From sequence record DRR378314_212: DNA of 55,816 bases; one strand, written 5' to 3'. The number at the start of each line of letters is the position of its first letter. Position 1 is the stretch's first letter. Below are positions 38,279 through 48,860 of this stretch, in pieces. Both the position numbers and the translations under genes were made by a program. The notes below the pieces were generated by a model. It did no database searches. It was not told the DNA's origin and saw only the letters and a program-made list of their open reading frames with translations.

Positions 38279-38551
38279 TTAACTCTCTGGTGGGGTGTAG
38301 CCTTCAATTTCAGGGGCTTTTCCTTCGAATAAAAAGGCTGTCATCTGCTTTTCAAGAAACTCACGATCAGTCGGATCCATCATGTTTAACCGTTTTTCGT
38401 TTATCAGCATGGTCTGCTTCTTTTGCCACTCAGCCCAGGCGTCTTTTGATATATGGTTAAAAATACGCTCGCCCAGCTCGCCGGGGTAGAGTTGAAAATC
38501 GAGGCCTTCGGCTTCTTTTTGAAAATGCTCACAAAATACAGTGCGGCTCAT
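38279..38551 (-). CDS. yggX: Fe(II)-trafficking / oxidative damage protection protein
   Basis: [30 protein letters not shown]; downstream of mutY. Confidence 0.95.
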   Translation of the reverse strand: MSRTVFCEHFQKEAEGLDFQLYPGELGERIFNHISKDAWAEWQKKQTMLINEKRLNMMDPTDREFLEKQMTAFLFEGKAPEIEGYTPPES

Positions 38552-38562
38552 GCGGTGTTCAC

Positions 38563-39603
38563 CTATTTAGTAGTTAACTGCTCCATCAGTTTAACGGTTG
38601 GTGCAGCAAAGCCCAAGTCCTGATTGGTATCAGCCTTTACCCATAAGTGTTGAGCTTCGTTGAGTAAAGTCTCAGAGGGAGCGATATCAATCAGCAGAGG
38701 CTTACAATCCAGGTGGAAGTGACTAAAAGTATGACGAAAAGGTGTCAGTTGCTGTCTTGCCAGTTCAGTGACACCGTATTGTTGGGCTAAGGAAGGAATG
38801 TCCGTTTCCTCATCACATTGTGGAAAGCACCAAAGCCCGCCCCATATACCAGACTGGGGGCGCTTCTCCAGCAAGAACTGATGATTATGTCGAAAAAGCA
38901 GCATGTGGGTTGTTTTTACGGGTTTAATCTTTTTCGGCTTCTTTCCCGGATACTGTGCTATTGTGTCCGTTGCTCTGGCAATACAGGTGCTATTGACAGG
39001 GCATTGCTCGCAAAGCGGTTTACTGCGAGTACAAATCATTGCACCGATATCCATCATTGCCTGATTGTATGCGCCGGAGTCCTGCTTCGGCGTCAATTGT
39101 TCACTCAGTTGCCACAGTTGCTTTAAAACATCTGCCTTACCAGGCCAGCCAGAAACAGCAAAATGACGTGCTAATACACGCTTGACGTTGCCATCCAAAA
39201 TAGGTGCGTATTCACCATGCCCAAGAGAGCGAATTGCACCGGCTGTTGAGCGACCAACCCCGGGTAGTTGTTCAAGTTCGTGAACTTTTTTGGGAAATTC
39301 ACCGTTATATTCAGTGCAAACAAGTTTTGCAGTTTTATGAAGGTTTCGGGCTCTTGCGTAATAGCCTAGTCCAGTCCATAAATTCAATACTTTGTCTTGT
39401 GGGGCTGAGGCCAGTTTCTGAAGCGTAGGAAAGGTTGCCATAAAACGTTCGAAGTACGGAATAACGGTAGTGACTTGGGTTTGTTGTAGCATAATTTCTG
39501 ACACCCAGACGCGATAGGGCGTGACGTTTTTCTGCCATGGCAGATGCTTGCGCCCGTATTGCTGAAACCAATTGAGAACCTGTGAGCTAAATGTCTGAGT
39601 CAA
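38563..39603 (-). CDS. mutY: A/G-specific adenine glycosylase
   Basis: [43 protein letters not shown] and FeS loop C-X6-C-X2-C-X5-C. Confidence 0.96.
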   Translation of the reverse strand: MTQTFSSQVLNWFQQYGRKHLPWQKNVTPYRVWVSEIMLQQTQVTTVIPYFERFMATFPTLQKLASAPQDKVLNLWTGLGYYARARNLHKTAKLVCTEYNGEFPKKVHELEQLPGVGRSTAGAIRSLGHGEYAPILDGNVKRVLARHFAVSGWPGKADVLKQLWQLSEQLTPKQDSGAYNQAMMDIGAMICTRSKPLCEQCPVNSTCIARATDTIAQYPGKKPKKIKPVKTTHMLLFRHNHQFLLEKRPQSGIWGGLWCFPQCDEETDIPSLAQQYGVTELARQQLTPFRHTFSHFHLDCKPLLIDIAPSETLLNEAQHLWVKADTNQDLGFAAPTVKLMEQLTTK

Positions 39604-39718
39604 CTGTAAATCTCTGCAAATAAAAATGACTTAACTGAAGAATGTACTACTCTTTATGGCATACACAGTGTCTCATATTCCGAGCATGATTGTTATTGCA
39701 ATTAAAAGGAGCTTTGCA

Positions 39719-40810
39719 ATGAAAACCTTAAACTTAATTACTTTATCTTTGCTAACCGCTGGATTAACCGCTCCAGTTTTTGCACAACAAACTGAGGTCG
39801 AGCAAAATGACTTTTATCTGGGCGCTCGCCTAGGCGCATTTGCAGCTGATAGCGATCGCGTCGCAGTAAAAAATGGGCAAGTATTTTCCGTTGAAGATGG
39901 TCTGGAAACCATTACTTCTGGTATTGAAGCCGGCATGATGTTTACTGAGGCATGGGAAGCCCGCATTTATTATGACTACATGGACGCTGATTTAGTTGGC
40001 GCTGGCGGGAGCTACGGCGACAGCTACGGTGTCGATGCACTCTACCACTTTAACAATAGTTTTTACGCTGGTTTAGGTGTGAACAACACTGAAATTGGCG
40101 ATGTTACAGATGTTGCTGCCCGATTGACTTTAGGTCATCGTAGCTTTATTACTGATAATCTGGCCTGGCGCATAGAAGGTGGAGCTCAGCGTGGTTGGGA
40201 AGAAGACTACTCAGAAATGTTCGCAAACGTTGGTTTGCAATGGTTCTTTGGTGGTCGCGATACCAGCCCTGAACCAAGAACACGTCCAGAGCCACGTCCG
40301 GAACCTCAAAAAGCGGCACCTGAGCCGGAGTCTAAACCTGTAGATTCTGATGGTGACGGCGTTGTTGATTCAAAAGACAAATGTGCCAATACACCTAAAA
40401 ATTACTCAGTAGATGAGACCGGTTGTATTCTTTATGAAAACGAGACTATAACTGAAGAGTTGCTGGTGGAGTTTGACTTAAACTCTTCGAACATCCGCAG
40501 TGGTGAACGGTCAGATATTAAAGATATGGCGGAGTTCATGAAAGAGCATCCACAGTTGGATATCACTATTCACGGACATACGGACAGCACGGGCGAAGCG
40601 AAATATAACCAGTGGTTGTCTGAACGTCGTGCAGAAGCTGTTGCCAATGCACTTGTTAAGCAACACGGTATTGAGAAAAGCCGCGTTGACTTCAAAGGTC
40701 ACGGTGAATCTCAACCGAAAGTTCGCGAGAACAGCGCCGCTGATCGTCAGACAAACCGTCGCATAGAAGCAACATTGAAAGTCGTAAACCGGGTACCTAA
40801 AACTCGTTAA
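39719..40810 (+). CDS. OmpA/OprF-like outer-membrane protein (beta-barrel, Pro-rich hinge, Ca-binding DxDxDG repeat, peptidoglycan-binding domain)
   Basis: Signal peptide after an AAGGAG SD; PEPRTRPEPRPEP, DSDGDGVVDSKDKC, GHTDSTG..YNQWLSERRA, NRRIE. Confidence 0.9.
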   Translation: MKTLNLITLSLLTAGLTAPVFAQQTEVEQNDFYLGARLGAFAADSDRVAVKNGQVFSVEDGLETITSGIEAGMMFTEAWEARIYYDYMDADLVGAGGSYGDSYGVDALYHFNNSFYAGLGVNNTEIGDVTDVAARLTLGHRSFITDNLAWRIEGGAQRGWEEDYSEMFANVGLQWFFGGRDTSPEPRTRPEPRPEPQKAAPEPESKPVDSDGDGVVDSKDKCANTPKNYSVDETGCILYENETITEELLVEFDLNSSNIRSGERSDIKDMAEFMKEHPQLDITIHGHTDSTGEAKYNQWLSERRAEAVANALVKQHGIEKSRVDFKGHGESQPKVRENSAADRQTNRRIEATLKVVNRVPKTR

Positions 40811-40856
40811 TACCGATTGTATTGATTGCTTGAAATAGCGATAATAGCTCTACTCT

Positions 40857-40888
40857 AAACAGGCCTGATTTTTCAGGCCTGTTTTTTT
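40857..40888 (+). terminator. Intrinsic terminator after the OmpA-like gene
   Basis: aaacaggcctga-tttt-tcaggcctg-T7. Confidence 0.88.
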
Positions 40889-40922
40889 GGTATTCGCTAA
40901 GTCATTAATTTTCAGGAAAGTC

Positions 40923-41639
40923 ATGAGCCATTTTAAAAGTGCCGAAGAAGCAGCTGCTGCGGGAAAATATGTTAGAACAGTGCGCAGCTTTGTGAAAAGA
41001 GAAGGAAGACTGACCAAAGGCCAGGCGGCGGCTATTGAACGTCTATGGCCAACCGTTGGGTTAACGCTGGAAAATGGACGACTGGATCTTGCTATGGTCT
41101 TCGGCCGTGAAGCCCCGGTAACGCTGGAAATTGGTTTTGGTATGGGGCATTCACTAGTTGAGATGGCAGCTAACGCCCCAGAACGTGACTTTATTGGTAT
41201 AGAAGTGCATGAACCCGGTGTAGGTGCATGCCTTATGGCGGCAGAGGAAGCTGGGGTGAAAAACTTTCGGGTGTTTCATGAAGACGCGGTCGAAGTATTA
41301 AAACAATGCATTCCGGATAACAGTTTGAACTGTGTTCAAATTTTCTTTCCCGACCCCTGGCACAAGAAGCGTCACCATAAACGCCGCATTGTACAGCCCG
41401 AGTTTGTGCAATTATTAATTCAGAAGATTGAGACTGGCGGAGTCATTCATCTTGCAACAGACTGGGAAAACTACGCAGAGCATATGCTGGAGGTTCTGAA
41501 TGACGAACCCCGGTTAACCAATTTGTCGTCTTCAGGTGACTACGTACCACGTCCTGAGAACCGCCCAAAAACTAAGTTTGAACGCCGGGGCGAAGGGAAA
41601 GGCCATGGCGTTTGGGATCTTCAGTTTAAAACCAATTAA
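40923..41639 (+). CDS. trmB: tRNA (guanine-N7) methyltransferase
   Basis: [52 protein letters not shown] 40923 follows an AGGA SD. Confidence 0.96.
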   Translation: MSHFKSAEEAAAAGKYVRTVRSFVKREGRLTKGQAAAIERLWPTVGLTLENGRLDLAMVFGREAPVTLEIGFGMGHSLVEMAANAPERDFIGIEVHEPGVGACLMAAEEAGVKNFRVFHEDAVEVLKQCIPDNSLNCVQIFFPDPWHKKRHHKRRIVQPEFVQLLIQKIETGGVIHLATDWENYAEHMLEVLNDEPRLTNLSSSGDYVPRPENRPKTKFERRGEGKGHGVWDLQFKTN

Positions 41640-41656
41640 TCAGCCACGCTTCTGGG

Positions 41657-42808
41657 TTAATCCAGAAGCGTATCCAGAACCGAGTTTAAAAATCGGTGGC
41701 CGCGTTGAGTTAGTTGCCAGTTAAGCTCGTCTTCCATTACAAGCTCCAGAGTTTTGGCCTTCGTTAACTGCTTTGAGGCTACCTCTGCAGAAAGAGCCGT
41801 GGTTTGTTCAAAGTTACTTTTACTAACTGGCTCCAGTAAGCGGAACTGGTTCATGAAAAACTCAAACAAGCGGTCATCTACTGCAACTTCTTTTAATTGA
41901 TAGCGCAGGGGCTTGGTTAAATCTAAATAGCCTTTGGGGTGCTTCACTTTTTCGCAACGCAGAATTTTATTTTCTTGAGGCAGAGTGACTTTGCTGTGGG
42001 CTCCGCAACCAATACCTAAATAGTCGCCATATTGCCAGTAGTTACGGTTGTGCCTGCTTTGATGGCCGGGTTTAGCGTAAGCGCTCACTTCGTACTGAGA
42101 ATAACTCGCAGCCTCCAGAAGTTTATGGCCCTGCTGGTAAATTTCCCACAGTGTATCGTCGTCCGGTAGTTCCGGAGGTTGGCTCGCAAACAGCGTGTTA
42201 GGCTCAATAGTCAATTGATACCAGGAGATATGCGGTGGGTTCAGGGCAATGACCTGACGTAAGTCGTCTAACGCCATTTCTACAGTTTGATCCGGTAAGC
42301 CGTGCATAAGGTCGAGATTAAAACTGGATAGCGGTAGTTCACTTGCGTGTGCGGCCGCATTTATTGCCTGTTGCGGATTGTGAATACGCCCTAGGCGCTG
42401 CAACTGATGCTCCTGTAAGCTCTGGACACCAATAGATAACCGGTTTATGCCTGCAGCAACGAAGGCTGAGAATTTTTCAGTCTCAAAGGTTCCCGGGTTG
42501 GCTTCCATAGTCACTTCGCAATCGGGACTTAGTGCGACTATTGAACGAACGCCGTCCATTAACTGCTGTATTGCTTTTGCAGACAATACACTCGGCGTCC
42601 CCCCGCCGATAAATATTGACTGAATTTCCCGACCCTGAACCCAGTCAATGTCGACTCGTAAGTCTTCTAAAAGACGGCCGACGTAGCTTGCTTCAGGTAC
42701 ATCTCCGGTCAGTTTATGTGAGTTAAAATCACAATAAGGGCATTTTTGAATACACCAAGGAATGTGTATATACAGCGATAACGGCGGAAGCGTCAGAGGA
42801 GAAGTCAT
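41657..42808 (-). CDS. hemW: Radical SAM heme chaperone HemW (YggW)
   Basis: LYIHIPWCIQKCPYCDFNSH, FIGGGTPS, EANPGT, HNRNYW. Confidence 0.92.
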   Translation of the reverse strand: MTSPLTLPPLSLYIHIPWCIQKCPYCDFNSHKLTGDVPEASYVGRLLEDLRVDIDWVQGREIQSIFIGGGTPSVLSAKAIQQLMDGVRSIVALSPDCEVTMEANPGTFETEKFSAFVAAGINRLSIGVQSLQEHQLQRLGRIHNPQQAINAAAHASELPLSSFNLDLMHGLPDQTVEMALDDLRQVIALNPPHISWYQLTIEPNTLFASQPPELPDDDTLWEIYQQGHKLLEAASYSQYEVSAYAKPGHQSRHNRNYWQYGDYLGIGCGAHSKVTLPQENKILRCEKVKHPKGYLDLTKPLRYQLKEVAVDDRLFEFFMNQFRLLEPVSKSNFEQTTALSAEVASKQLTKAKTLELVMEDELNWQLTQRGHRFLNSVLDTLLD

Positions 42809-43416
42809 TTAGCCAGCTGCTCCAGCAGTTGCTTCAAAGCTTGTCCGCGGTGGCTGAGCGCTTGTTTTTCTGTTTTGCTTAACTGCGCTGCGGAACAGTT
42901 TTTTTCCTTAACCCAGAACACAGGGTCGTAGCCGAAACCTTCTTCTCCAACCGGGTGAGTTAATATGTGTCCGTCCCAGCGGCCCTGACAGATGATTGGT
43001 GTCGGATCTTCCGCACTTTGCATATAAACCAGTACGCAATGAAAACTGGCCTGACGCTGGCTTTCTTCAACGCCCTCTAAGGCTTTCATTAGTTTATTGA
43101 TATTGTCAGAGTCGGTGGCATTGCCGCCAGCGTAGCGGGCCGAGTAAACGCCCGGAGCGCCATTTAAAGAGGTAACGGCCAGACCTGAATCATCAGCAAT
43201 AGCAGGCAACCCCGTTTGCTGGCATGCGTGGCGCGCTTTTATAATGGCATTTTCGACAAAAGTGGTGCCGGTTTCATCGGCCTCAGCGAAGTCCCACTCT
43301 GACTGCGGGCGAACTTGCCAGTCGGCCGTGGCATGTGTCTGACTTAACATGTGACGCAACTCTGCAACTTTTCCTGCGTTGCCGGTAGCCAGCACTAAGG
43401 TGTTTTGTGACATCAT
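42805..43416 (-). CDS. rdgB: dITP/XTP pyrophosphatase
   Basis: LATGNAGK, TFVENAIIKA, ADDSGL, PGVYSARY, FGYDPVF, SHRG. Confidence 0.95.
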   Translation of the reverse strand: MMSQNTLVLATGNAGKVAELRHMLSQTHATADWQVRPQSEWDFAEADETGTTFVENAIIKARHACQQTGLPAIADDSGLAVTSLNGAPGVYSARYAGGNATDSDNINKLMKALEGVEESQRQASFHCVLVYMQSAEDPTPIICQGRWDGHILTHPVGEEGFGYDPVFWVKEKNCSAAQLSKTEKQALSHRGQALKQLLEQLAK

Positions 43417-43546
43417 AAGCGAACCTGTACCCTAATTATCAAGAGGCACAGGATAAAGGGTTTTAACGTGATTTGAAATCTAACATTAGCCTCCAAGTGA
43501 AACCTGCTATGATGAACAAGCAGAGACAAAGATAAGGAGATTCTAT

Positions 43547-45271
43547 TTGGATTCGGCTAACACCTTGATTTTATTGTGTGGCTTGCTGCTGGTTGTCAGC
43601 ATTTTAGCCGCTGTAGCATCCAACCGGCTGGGTGCACCTGTACTGCTGACCTTTTTGTTAATTGGCATGTTAGCGGGTGAGCAAGGTGTATTAGGTGTCG
43701 AATTTAACAATCCGGATATCGCGTTTTTTATTGGCTCTGCAGCTTTGGTTATTATCCTGTTTGATGGTGGGATGCGAACGCACCCTGAGCGTTTTCGGGT
43801 AGCCCTCTGGCCCGCTATTAGCCTGGCAACTATAGGTGTTGCGTTAACCTGTACTCTGGTGGCTTCCGCCGCGGTATATTGGTTTGGTTTACCCTGGCCT
43901 GCGGCTTTACTAATGGGAGCCATACTCAGTTCAACAGATGCCGCCGCGGTGTTTGGTATCTTTCAGTCCCGCGGGTTGCAGATTAAAGAGCGGGTCGCAT
44001 CAACCCTTGAAATAGAGTCGGGCAGTAACGACCCCATGGCCGTTATTCTGACTTTAACCATGACTGGCGCGGTAGCCAGCGGCAGCTTCCCTGACTGGTA
44101 CTGGGTAGGTCTTGATGTCATCTGGCAGCTAATTGGCGGCCTGACCATAGGTTGGCTAGGTGGTCGGTTATTCATTATTGCGGCGCGTAAGTTGCCTCTT
44201 AGTTTCAGCTTTTTTCCATTGCTAGCAGTAGCCTGCGCTATTTCCATTTATGCGCTAACAGCAAAACTTCATGCCAGTGGGTTTCTGGCGGTCTATTTAA
44301 TGGGCTTTGTTATTGGCAATGCGCGGCTACCCCAACTCGTGCATATACTGCAAGTGCAGGATGGGCTGGCCTGGCTTAGTCAGATAGCTATGTTCCTTAT
44401 TCTGGGGTTATTGGTTGTTCCTTCTCATTTAATGGCTAATGCGCCGGTAGCCATTGGTATTGCCTTTACTTTAATTTTTATTGCACGCCCATTAGCTGTC
44501 GTTGTTAGCTTACTGCCGTTCAGTTTTCCCTGGCGTGAACAGGTGTTTATCAGCTGGGTGGGTTTAAGAGGTGCTGTTCCTATTATACTGGCGCTATTCC
44601 CCTGGCTAAGTGGCGTACCTGATCAAGAACTGTATTTTGATATTGCTTTTGTGGTGGTCATGATCTCACTCATTATCCAGGGGTGGAGTATTGCACCGGT
44701 AGCGCGTTGGTTAGGGCTTGAGGTGCCGTTAAAAGCTAAACCTCAGCAGCGTATGCCGCTGTCCTCAGTGCCCAGTAAGGAAGCGTTAGAAGTCTGGCTT
44801 TATCAAATCGACAAAAACTCGCCAGCTTGTGACCATACCTGGAAGGAGCTAAAACTAACGGCACCAGCTACCTTCGTTGGGTTAATTCGCGATGGTGAAT
44901 GGTTACAGCCAGAAACTCAACCCATGGTGGAGGAGGGGGACGGCCTACTGGTCGCCGCGACAGTAAACGATATTGATGAAGTGAGCAGAATTTTAGCTTC
45001 AGGTGGTAAGGGCTTAAAAGTATCGGAAAAAGACTTCTTTGGTGACTTTACTTTACGTGGCGATCTGACGCTGGCCGATGTCGGGAGTTTTTATCCTCTG
45101 GGTAATCTTGACGATGCTCTACTGAGTACGACAATCGCTGATTACTTCTCGCAGAAATTCCATCGCCGCGTTGTTATTGGTGACAATATCCGTTTGGGCG
45201 ATGTCATTCTGACGGTAAGGAAAATTAGTGATAAAGGTGATATTCAGTCGATAGGCGTTAAGCCGGTTTAA
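43547..45271 (+). CDS. cvrA: K+/H+ antiporter NhaP2/CvrA (CPA1 family with C-terminal cytoplasmic domains)
   Basis: IILFDGG, SSTDAAAVF, LEIESGSNDPMA, WVGLRGAVPI; 574 aa; TTG start after a TAAGGAG SD. Confidence 0.88.
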   Translation: MDSANTLILLCGLLLVVSILAAVASNRLGAPVLLTFLLIGMLAGEQGVLGVEFNNPDIAFFIGSAALVIILFDGGMRTHPERFRVALWPAISLATIGVALTCTLVASAAVYWFGLPWPAALLMGAILSSTDAAAVFGIFQSRGLQIKERVASTLEIESGSNDPMAVILTLTMTGAVASGSFPDWYWVGLDVIWQLIGGLTIGWLGGRLFIIAARKLPLSFSFFPLLAVACAISIYALTAKLHASGFLAVYLMGFVIGNARLPQLVHILQVQDGLAWLSQIAMFLILGLLVVPSHLMANAPVAIGIAFTLIFIARPLAVVVSLLPFSFPWREQVFISWVGLRGAVPIILALFPWLSGVPDQELYFDIAFVVVMISLIIQGWSIAPVARWLGLEVPLKAKPQQRMPLSSVPSKEALEVWLYQIDKNSPACDHTWKELKLTAPATFVGLIRDGEWLQPETQPMVEEGDGLLVAATVNDIDEVSRILASGGKGLKVSEKDFFGDFTLRGDLTLADVGSFYPLGNLDDALLSTTIADYFSQKFHRRVVIGDNIRLGDVILTVRKISDKGDIQSIGVKPV

Positions 45272-45273
45272 AG

Positions 45274-45696
45274 CTAATCATTTAACCAGAACTCTTGGTT
45301 AAATTTAAACTGTTGTTCACCAACCTGAATGGTAAAACGCAGGGTTTCGGCGTTAGAGTGCTCAAACTGAGCCAGATAATAACTGGCATCACCTTCAGTC
45401 ACCTGTCGAAAGTCGAGCTCCTGTATTTGTCCCAGCGGATTAACCACTTGTCCGGTTACCCCTGGTGTTTGCGCTTTTTGAGTCTTTTTATCCAATACCG
45501 CAATATTGAGCACGCCTTTCGATGCGCTGCGGGTTAAGTCGTATTGCGTCGCAATAGCGGGAGATAAAGAGGTGGAGTTAAAAGCGCTGTAGTGAACATC
45601 CCAGTCGCCTAGTGTCTCTTTCTGTTCAGCCATAACAAAGCCTGAAAATATTAAAGAAACGACCATTACTGTTTTAATAAAGAATGTTTTACTCAT
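45274..45696 (-). CDS. DUF4426-family exported protein
   Basis: Signal peptide, VHYSAFNSTSL, GVLNIAV, EGDASYYLA; usual position after yggT; ATG 45696 has a GGAGGA SD. Confidence 0.75.
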   Translation of the reverse strand: MSKTFFIKTVMVVSLIFSGFVMAEQKETLGDWDVHYSAFNSTSLSPAIATQYDLTRSASKGVLNIAVLDKKTQKAQTPGVTGQVVNPLGQIQELDFRQVTEGDASYYLAQFEHSNAETLRFTIQVGEQQFKFNQEFWLND

Positions 45697-45718
45697 CACT
45701 TTTCCTCCACCAGTAGCA

Positions 45719-46246
45719 TTAAACACCAATTAAAATGCGCAAAAACTGCAGTGCAATAATGACAACCAGCACCGATAAATCTAAGCCTCCAATTGGAGGA
45801 AGAATTTTACGTACAGGCGCTAATAACGGCTCTGTAATTTGGTGCAGCATAGCTTCTACCGGGTTGTACCCCTGTGAGAACCAGCTGAGTATTGCCCGAA
45901 TAACCAGTACCCAGAACAACATTGACAGCAAACTGCTTACAGCCGTTAATATTCCCTGAATAACAATCACCAGCGGGTCCACGACTAAGTTGTTAAGCCA
46001 GACCAGCGCCGCTACTTTTAGCATGCCTAATGCTAACGCAAAAATTAAGCTGGCTGTATCCAGCTTACCCAACATAGGCATAAAGCTTCGCAGCGGACCC
46101 ACCACAGGCTGGGTTGCCTTATAAACAAACTGACTGACCGGGTTATAAAAGTCAGCTTGAGTTAACTGCATCCAGAGTCGCAAAAGTACTATGACCAAAT
46201 ACAGGTCAATTATGGTTGCGACTAAAAATGTAAGGGCGTTATTCAT
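45719..46246 (-). CDS. yggT: YggT membrane protein
   Basis: ADFYNPVSQF, RAILSWF, ITEPLLAPVRKILPPIGGLDLS; follows proC. Confidence 0.9.
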   Translation of the reverse strand: MNNALTFLVATIIDLYLVIVLLRLWMQLTQADFYNPVSQFVYKATQPVVGPLRSFMPMLGKLDTASLIFALALGMLKVAALVWLNNLVVDPLVIVIQGILTAVSSLLSMLFWVLVIRAILSWFSQGYNPVEAMLHQITEPLLAPVRKILPPIGGLDLSVLVVIIALQFLRILIGV

Positions 46247-46254
46247 AGTGACTC

Positions 46255-47079
46255 CTAAAAGAGTTTCGCCATTTCCTGATTACGGTTAACCGCGGCTTTT
46301 ACCGCCTTTTCCGAAATGCCGTGTAAGTCAGAGTCTTGGTAGGCTTCAACACCTTTGGCTGTTGAGCCGCCTTTACTGGTGACTTGTTTGCGCAAGTCTT
46401 CCAATGATAACTCACTTTCTTTGGCCATTTGAGCTGCACCTAAGCAGGTTTGCTGAACCATAGCGCGCGCTTTCTCGGCATCAAAACCAAGCTCGGTTGC
46501 AGCTTTTGCCAGGCTGTCCATAAACTCGAAAAAGTAAGCTGGCCCACTGCCTGCTACGGCGCCAAGAATATCGAGCTGATCTTCGTCACTCACCCAGAGT
46601 GTTTCACCTACGCCATTAAAGGCTTCGGTTACAAAGTTTTTATCGGCTTCGTCAACGGAATCGTCAGTAACTAAACCTGACATGCCCTGGCCTACCAGTG
46701 ACGGCGTATTTGGCATAACCCGGATAATACGGATGTTTTCGCCTAAATACTCGCGGTATTTTGGAATACGAATGCCTGCTGCAATGGTAATAATCAATTT
46801 GTCAGTCAGGTTGTGAACGTTTTCACGTAAGTGAGCGCAAACTTCCGCCATTAACTGAGGCTTAACCGACAGTACAATAGCGTCAGCGTTATTCACCACT
46901 TCCAGATTGTCGTTACTAGTATTAACGCCCAGTTCGGACTTCATCTTTTCTAATTTGGCGTCACTTGGGTTACTGACCCAGACTTTGTCAGCAGGGTAAC
47001 CGCTTTTGCACATACCGCCGACAATGCTTTGTGTCATGTTTCCTGCGCCAATAAAGGCAATATTGCGAATGTCGTTCAT
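46255..47079 (-). CDS. proC: Pyrroline-5-carboxylate reductase
   Basis: FIGAGNM, LSVKPQ, RVMPNTP, GSGPAYFF, VTSKGGST. Confidence 0.95.
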   Translation of the reverse strand: MNDIRNIAFIGAGNMTQSIVGGMCKSGYPADKVWVSNPSDAKLEKMKSELGVNTSNDNLEVVNNADAIVLSVKPQLMAEVCAHLRENVHNLTDKLIITIAAGIRIPKYREYLGENIRIIRVMPNTPSLVGQGMSGLVTDDSVDEADKNFVTEAFNGVGETLWVSDEDQLDILGAVAGSGPAYFFEFMDSLAKAATELGFDAEKARAMVQQTCLGAAQMAKESELSLEDLRKQVTSKGGSTAKGVEAYQDSDLHGISEKAVKAAVNRNQEMAKLF

Positions 47080-47789
47080 TAGGACTCCCGTTCTCCAAAA
47101 ATTGCTGTTCCAATACGTACCATGTTAGCACCCTCAAGCACTGCTTGTCGCATATCAGCTGACATCCCCATGGATAAGGTATCAATTTGCTCGCCATAAG
47201 TTCGTTGCAACTGTTGGTAGAGCTTATACATCTGCTGAAAGCTTTTTTCGCGTTCGTCTTCTGTTGTCCCAGCTTTAAGAATAGTCATTAAACCGCGTAA
47301 TTTTAGTTTAGAGCAATTCATAACGTATTCCGCTAAAGCGTCAACCTGCTCGGGGTCTAAACCCGATTTGTTGTCGTCATCATCAATATTAACCTGCAAT
47401 AATAGGTTGAGCTGCTGGGAATCGTCGGGGCGCTGCTCATTGAGACGACGGGCTATTTTCTCCCGCTCCACGCTTTGTACCCAGTCAAAGTGCTGAGCTA
47501 TATCTTTGGTTTTGTTCGACTGAACCGGGCCGATAAAATGCCATTGTACTGGCTCGGAAGTCTGTTCTTTTAGCTGAGTTATTTTAGCGACGGCTTCCTG
47601 AACATAGTTTTCGCCGAAGTGCATTTGCCCGGCGGCTATAGCGGCTTTTATCGCTTCTAAAGAATGTTTTTTACTCACCGCCAGCAATTTGACCGACTGC
47701 TGGTGTAACGATTCTTCAGATAAAATCTGCAATTGCTGACGTATTTCCGCGAGATTATTTGTTATCTTTTCTGCTACCTTAGTTGTCAT
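47079..47789 (-). CDS. yggS: PLP homeostasis protein YggS (start is 47789 or 47801)
   Basis: LLAVSK, FGENYVQE, WHFIGPVQSNK, LRGLM, LSMGMS, VRIGTAIFG. Confidence 0.94.
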   Translation of the reverse strand: MTTKVAEKITNNLAEIRQQLQILSEESLHQQSVKLLAVSKKHSLEAIKAAIAAGQMHFGENYVQEAVAKITQLKEQTSEPVQWHFIGPVQSNKTKDIAQHFDWVQSVEREKIARRLNEQRPDDSQQLNLLLQVNIDDDDNKSGLDPEQVDALAEYVMNCSKLKLRGLMTILKAGTTEDEREKSFQQMYKLYQQLQRTYGEQIDTLSMGMSADMRQAVLEGANMVRIGTAIFGERES

Positions 47790-47825
47790 TGCCACCGTCA
47801 TCTCACTTATTCAGGGATAAGATAT

Positions 47826-48860
47826 ATGAATGTTAACGAATTACTGGCCTTCAGTGTGAAACAAAATGCCTCGGACTTACATTTGTCCTCCGGCAGTGTC
47901 CCTATGATTAGAGTGGATGGGGACATTCGTCCGCTAAATCAACCCGAGCACCAGCCGGATGAGCTGAAAGACATGTTGTTTGAGGTGATGACCAAAGGTC
48001 AGTGGCAGGAGTTCGAGGAAAAATTTGAGTGTGATTTTTCCTTTGAAATAGAAGGCGTTGCGCGTTTCCGTGCCAACGTGTTTACCCAGCGCAAAGGCAT
48101 TGCCGCCGCTTTTCGTATGATACCTGCCGAAGTCACCACTTTAGAGCAACTGGATGCTCCGGAGATATTTAAGGACATTGTCAGTGCTAACCGGGGCTTA
48201 GTGTTAGTAACCGGACCGACTGGCTCGGGTAAATCAACCACATTGGCGGCCATGGTTAATTATTTGAATCAAAACCGCTCGTTGCATATTTTAACCATTG
48301 AAGACCCCATAGAGTTTGTTCACGACAATCAAAAAAGCCTGGTCAGCCAGCGTGAAGTTCACCGGGACACCCGCAGTTTCAGTGCGGCTCTGCGTTCAGC
48401 ACTGCGTGAAGACCCAGACGTGATTCTGGTGGGTGAAATGCGTGATTTAGAAACCATCCGTTTAGCTATGACGGCAGCCGAAACCGGGCATTTAGTTTTA
48501 GGTACCTTGCATACAACTTCTGCACCTAAAACTATCGACCGCATTATTGACGTATTTCCGGGCGATGATAAACCGATGATCCGCTCCATGCTGTCAGAAT
48601 CTTTACGTGCGGTTATCTCGCAGAGCTTGCTAAAACGAGTTGGCGGTGGTCGTGTTGCCGCACATGAAATTATGCTGTCATCGCCAGCTATTAAAAACTT
48701 GATTCGAGAAGACAAAGTGGCGCAAATGTACTCCTCTATTCAAACTGGAGCAGAGCGGGGCATGCAAACATTAGATCAGGCACTCAAGAAATTACTGGCT
48801 CGTGGCGATATAGAGGCAGAAGAGGCACGCCGCTGTGCGGTGACTAAAGAGGATTTCTAA
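47826..48860 (+). CDS. pilT: Type IV pilus retraction ATPase
   Basis: ASDLHL, GPTGSGKSTT, TIEDPIE, ALREDPD, AETGHLV, AIKNLIRE (AIRNLIRE motif), GMQTLD; divergent from yggS. Confidence 0.95.
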   Translation: MNVNELLAFSVKQNASDLHLSSGSVPMIRVDGDIRPLNQPEHQPDELKDMLFEVMTKGQWQEFEEKFECDFSFEIEGVARFRANVFTQRKGIAAAFRMIPAEVTTLEQLDAPEIFKDIVSANRGLVLVTGPTGSGKSTTLAAMVNYLNQNRSLHILTIEDPIEFVHDNQKSLVSQREVHRDTRSFSAALRSALREDPDVILVGEMRDLETIRLAMTAAETGHLVLGTLHTTSAPKTIDRIIDVFPGDDKPMIRSMLSESLRAVISQSLLKRVGGGRVAAHEIMLSSPAIKNLIREDKVAQMYSSIQTGAERGMQTLDQALKKLLARGDIEAEEARRCAVTKEDF

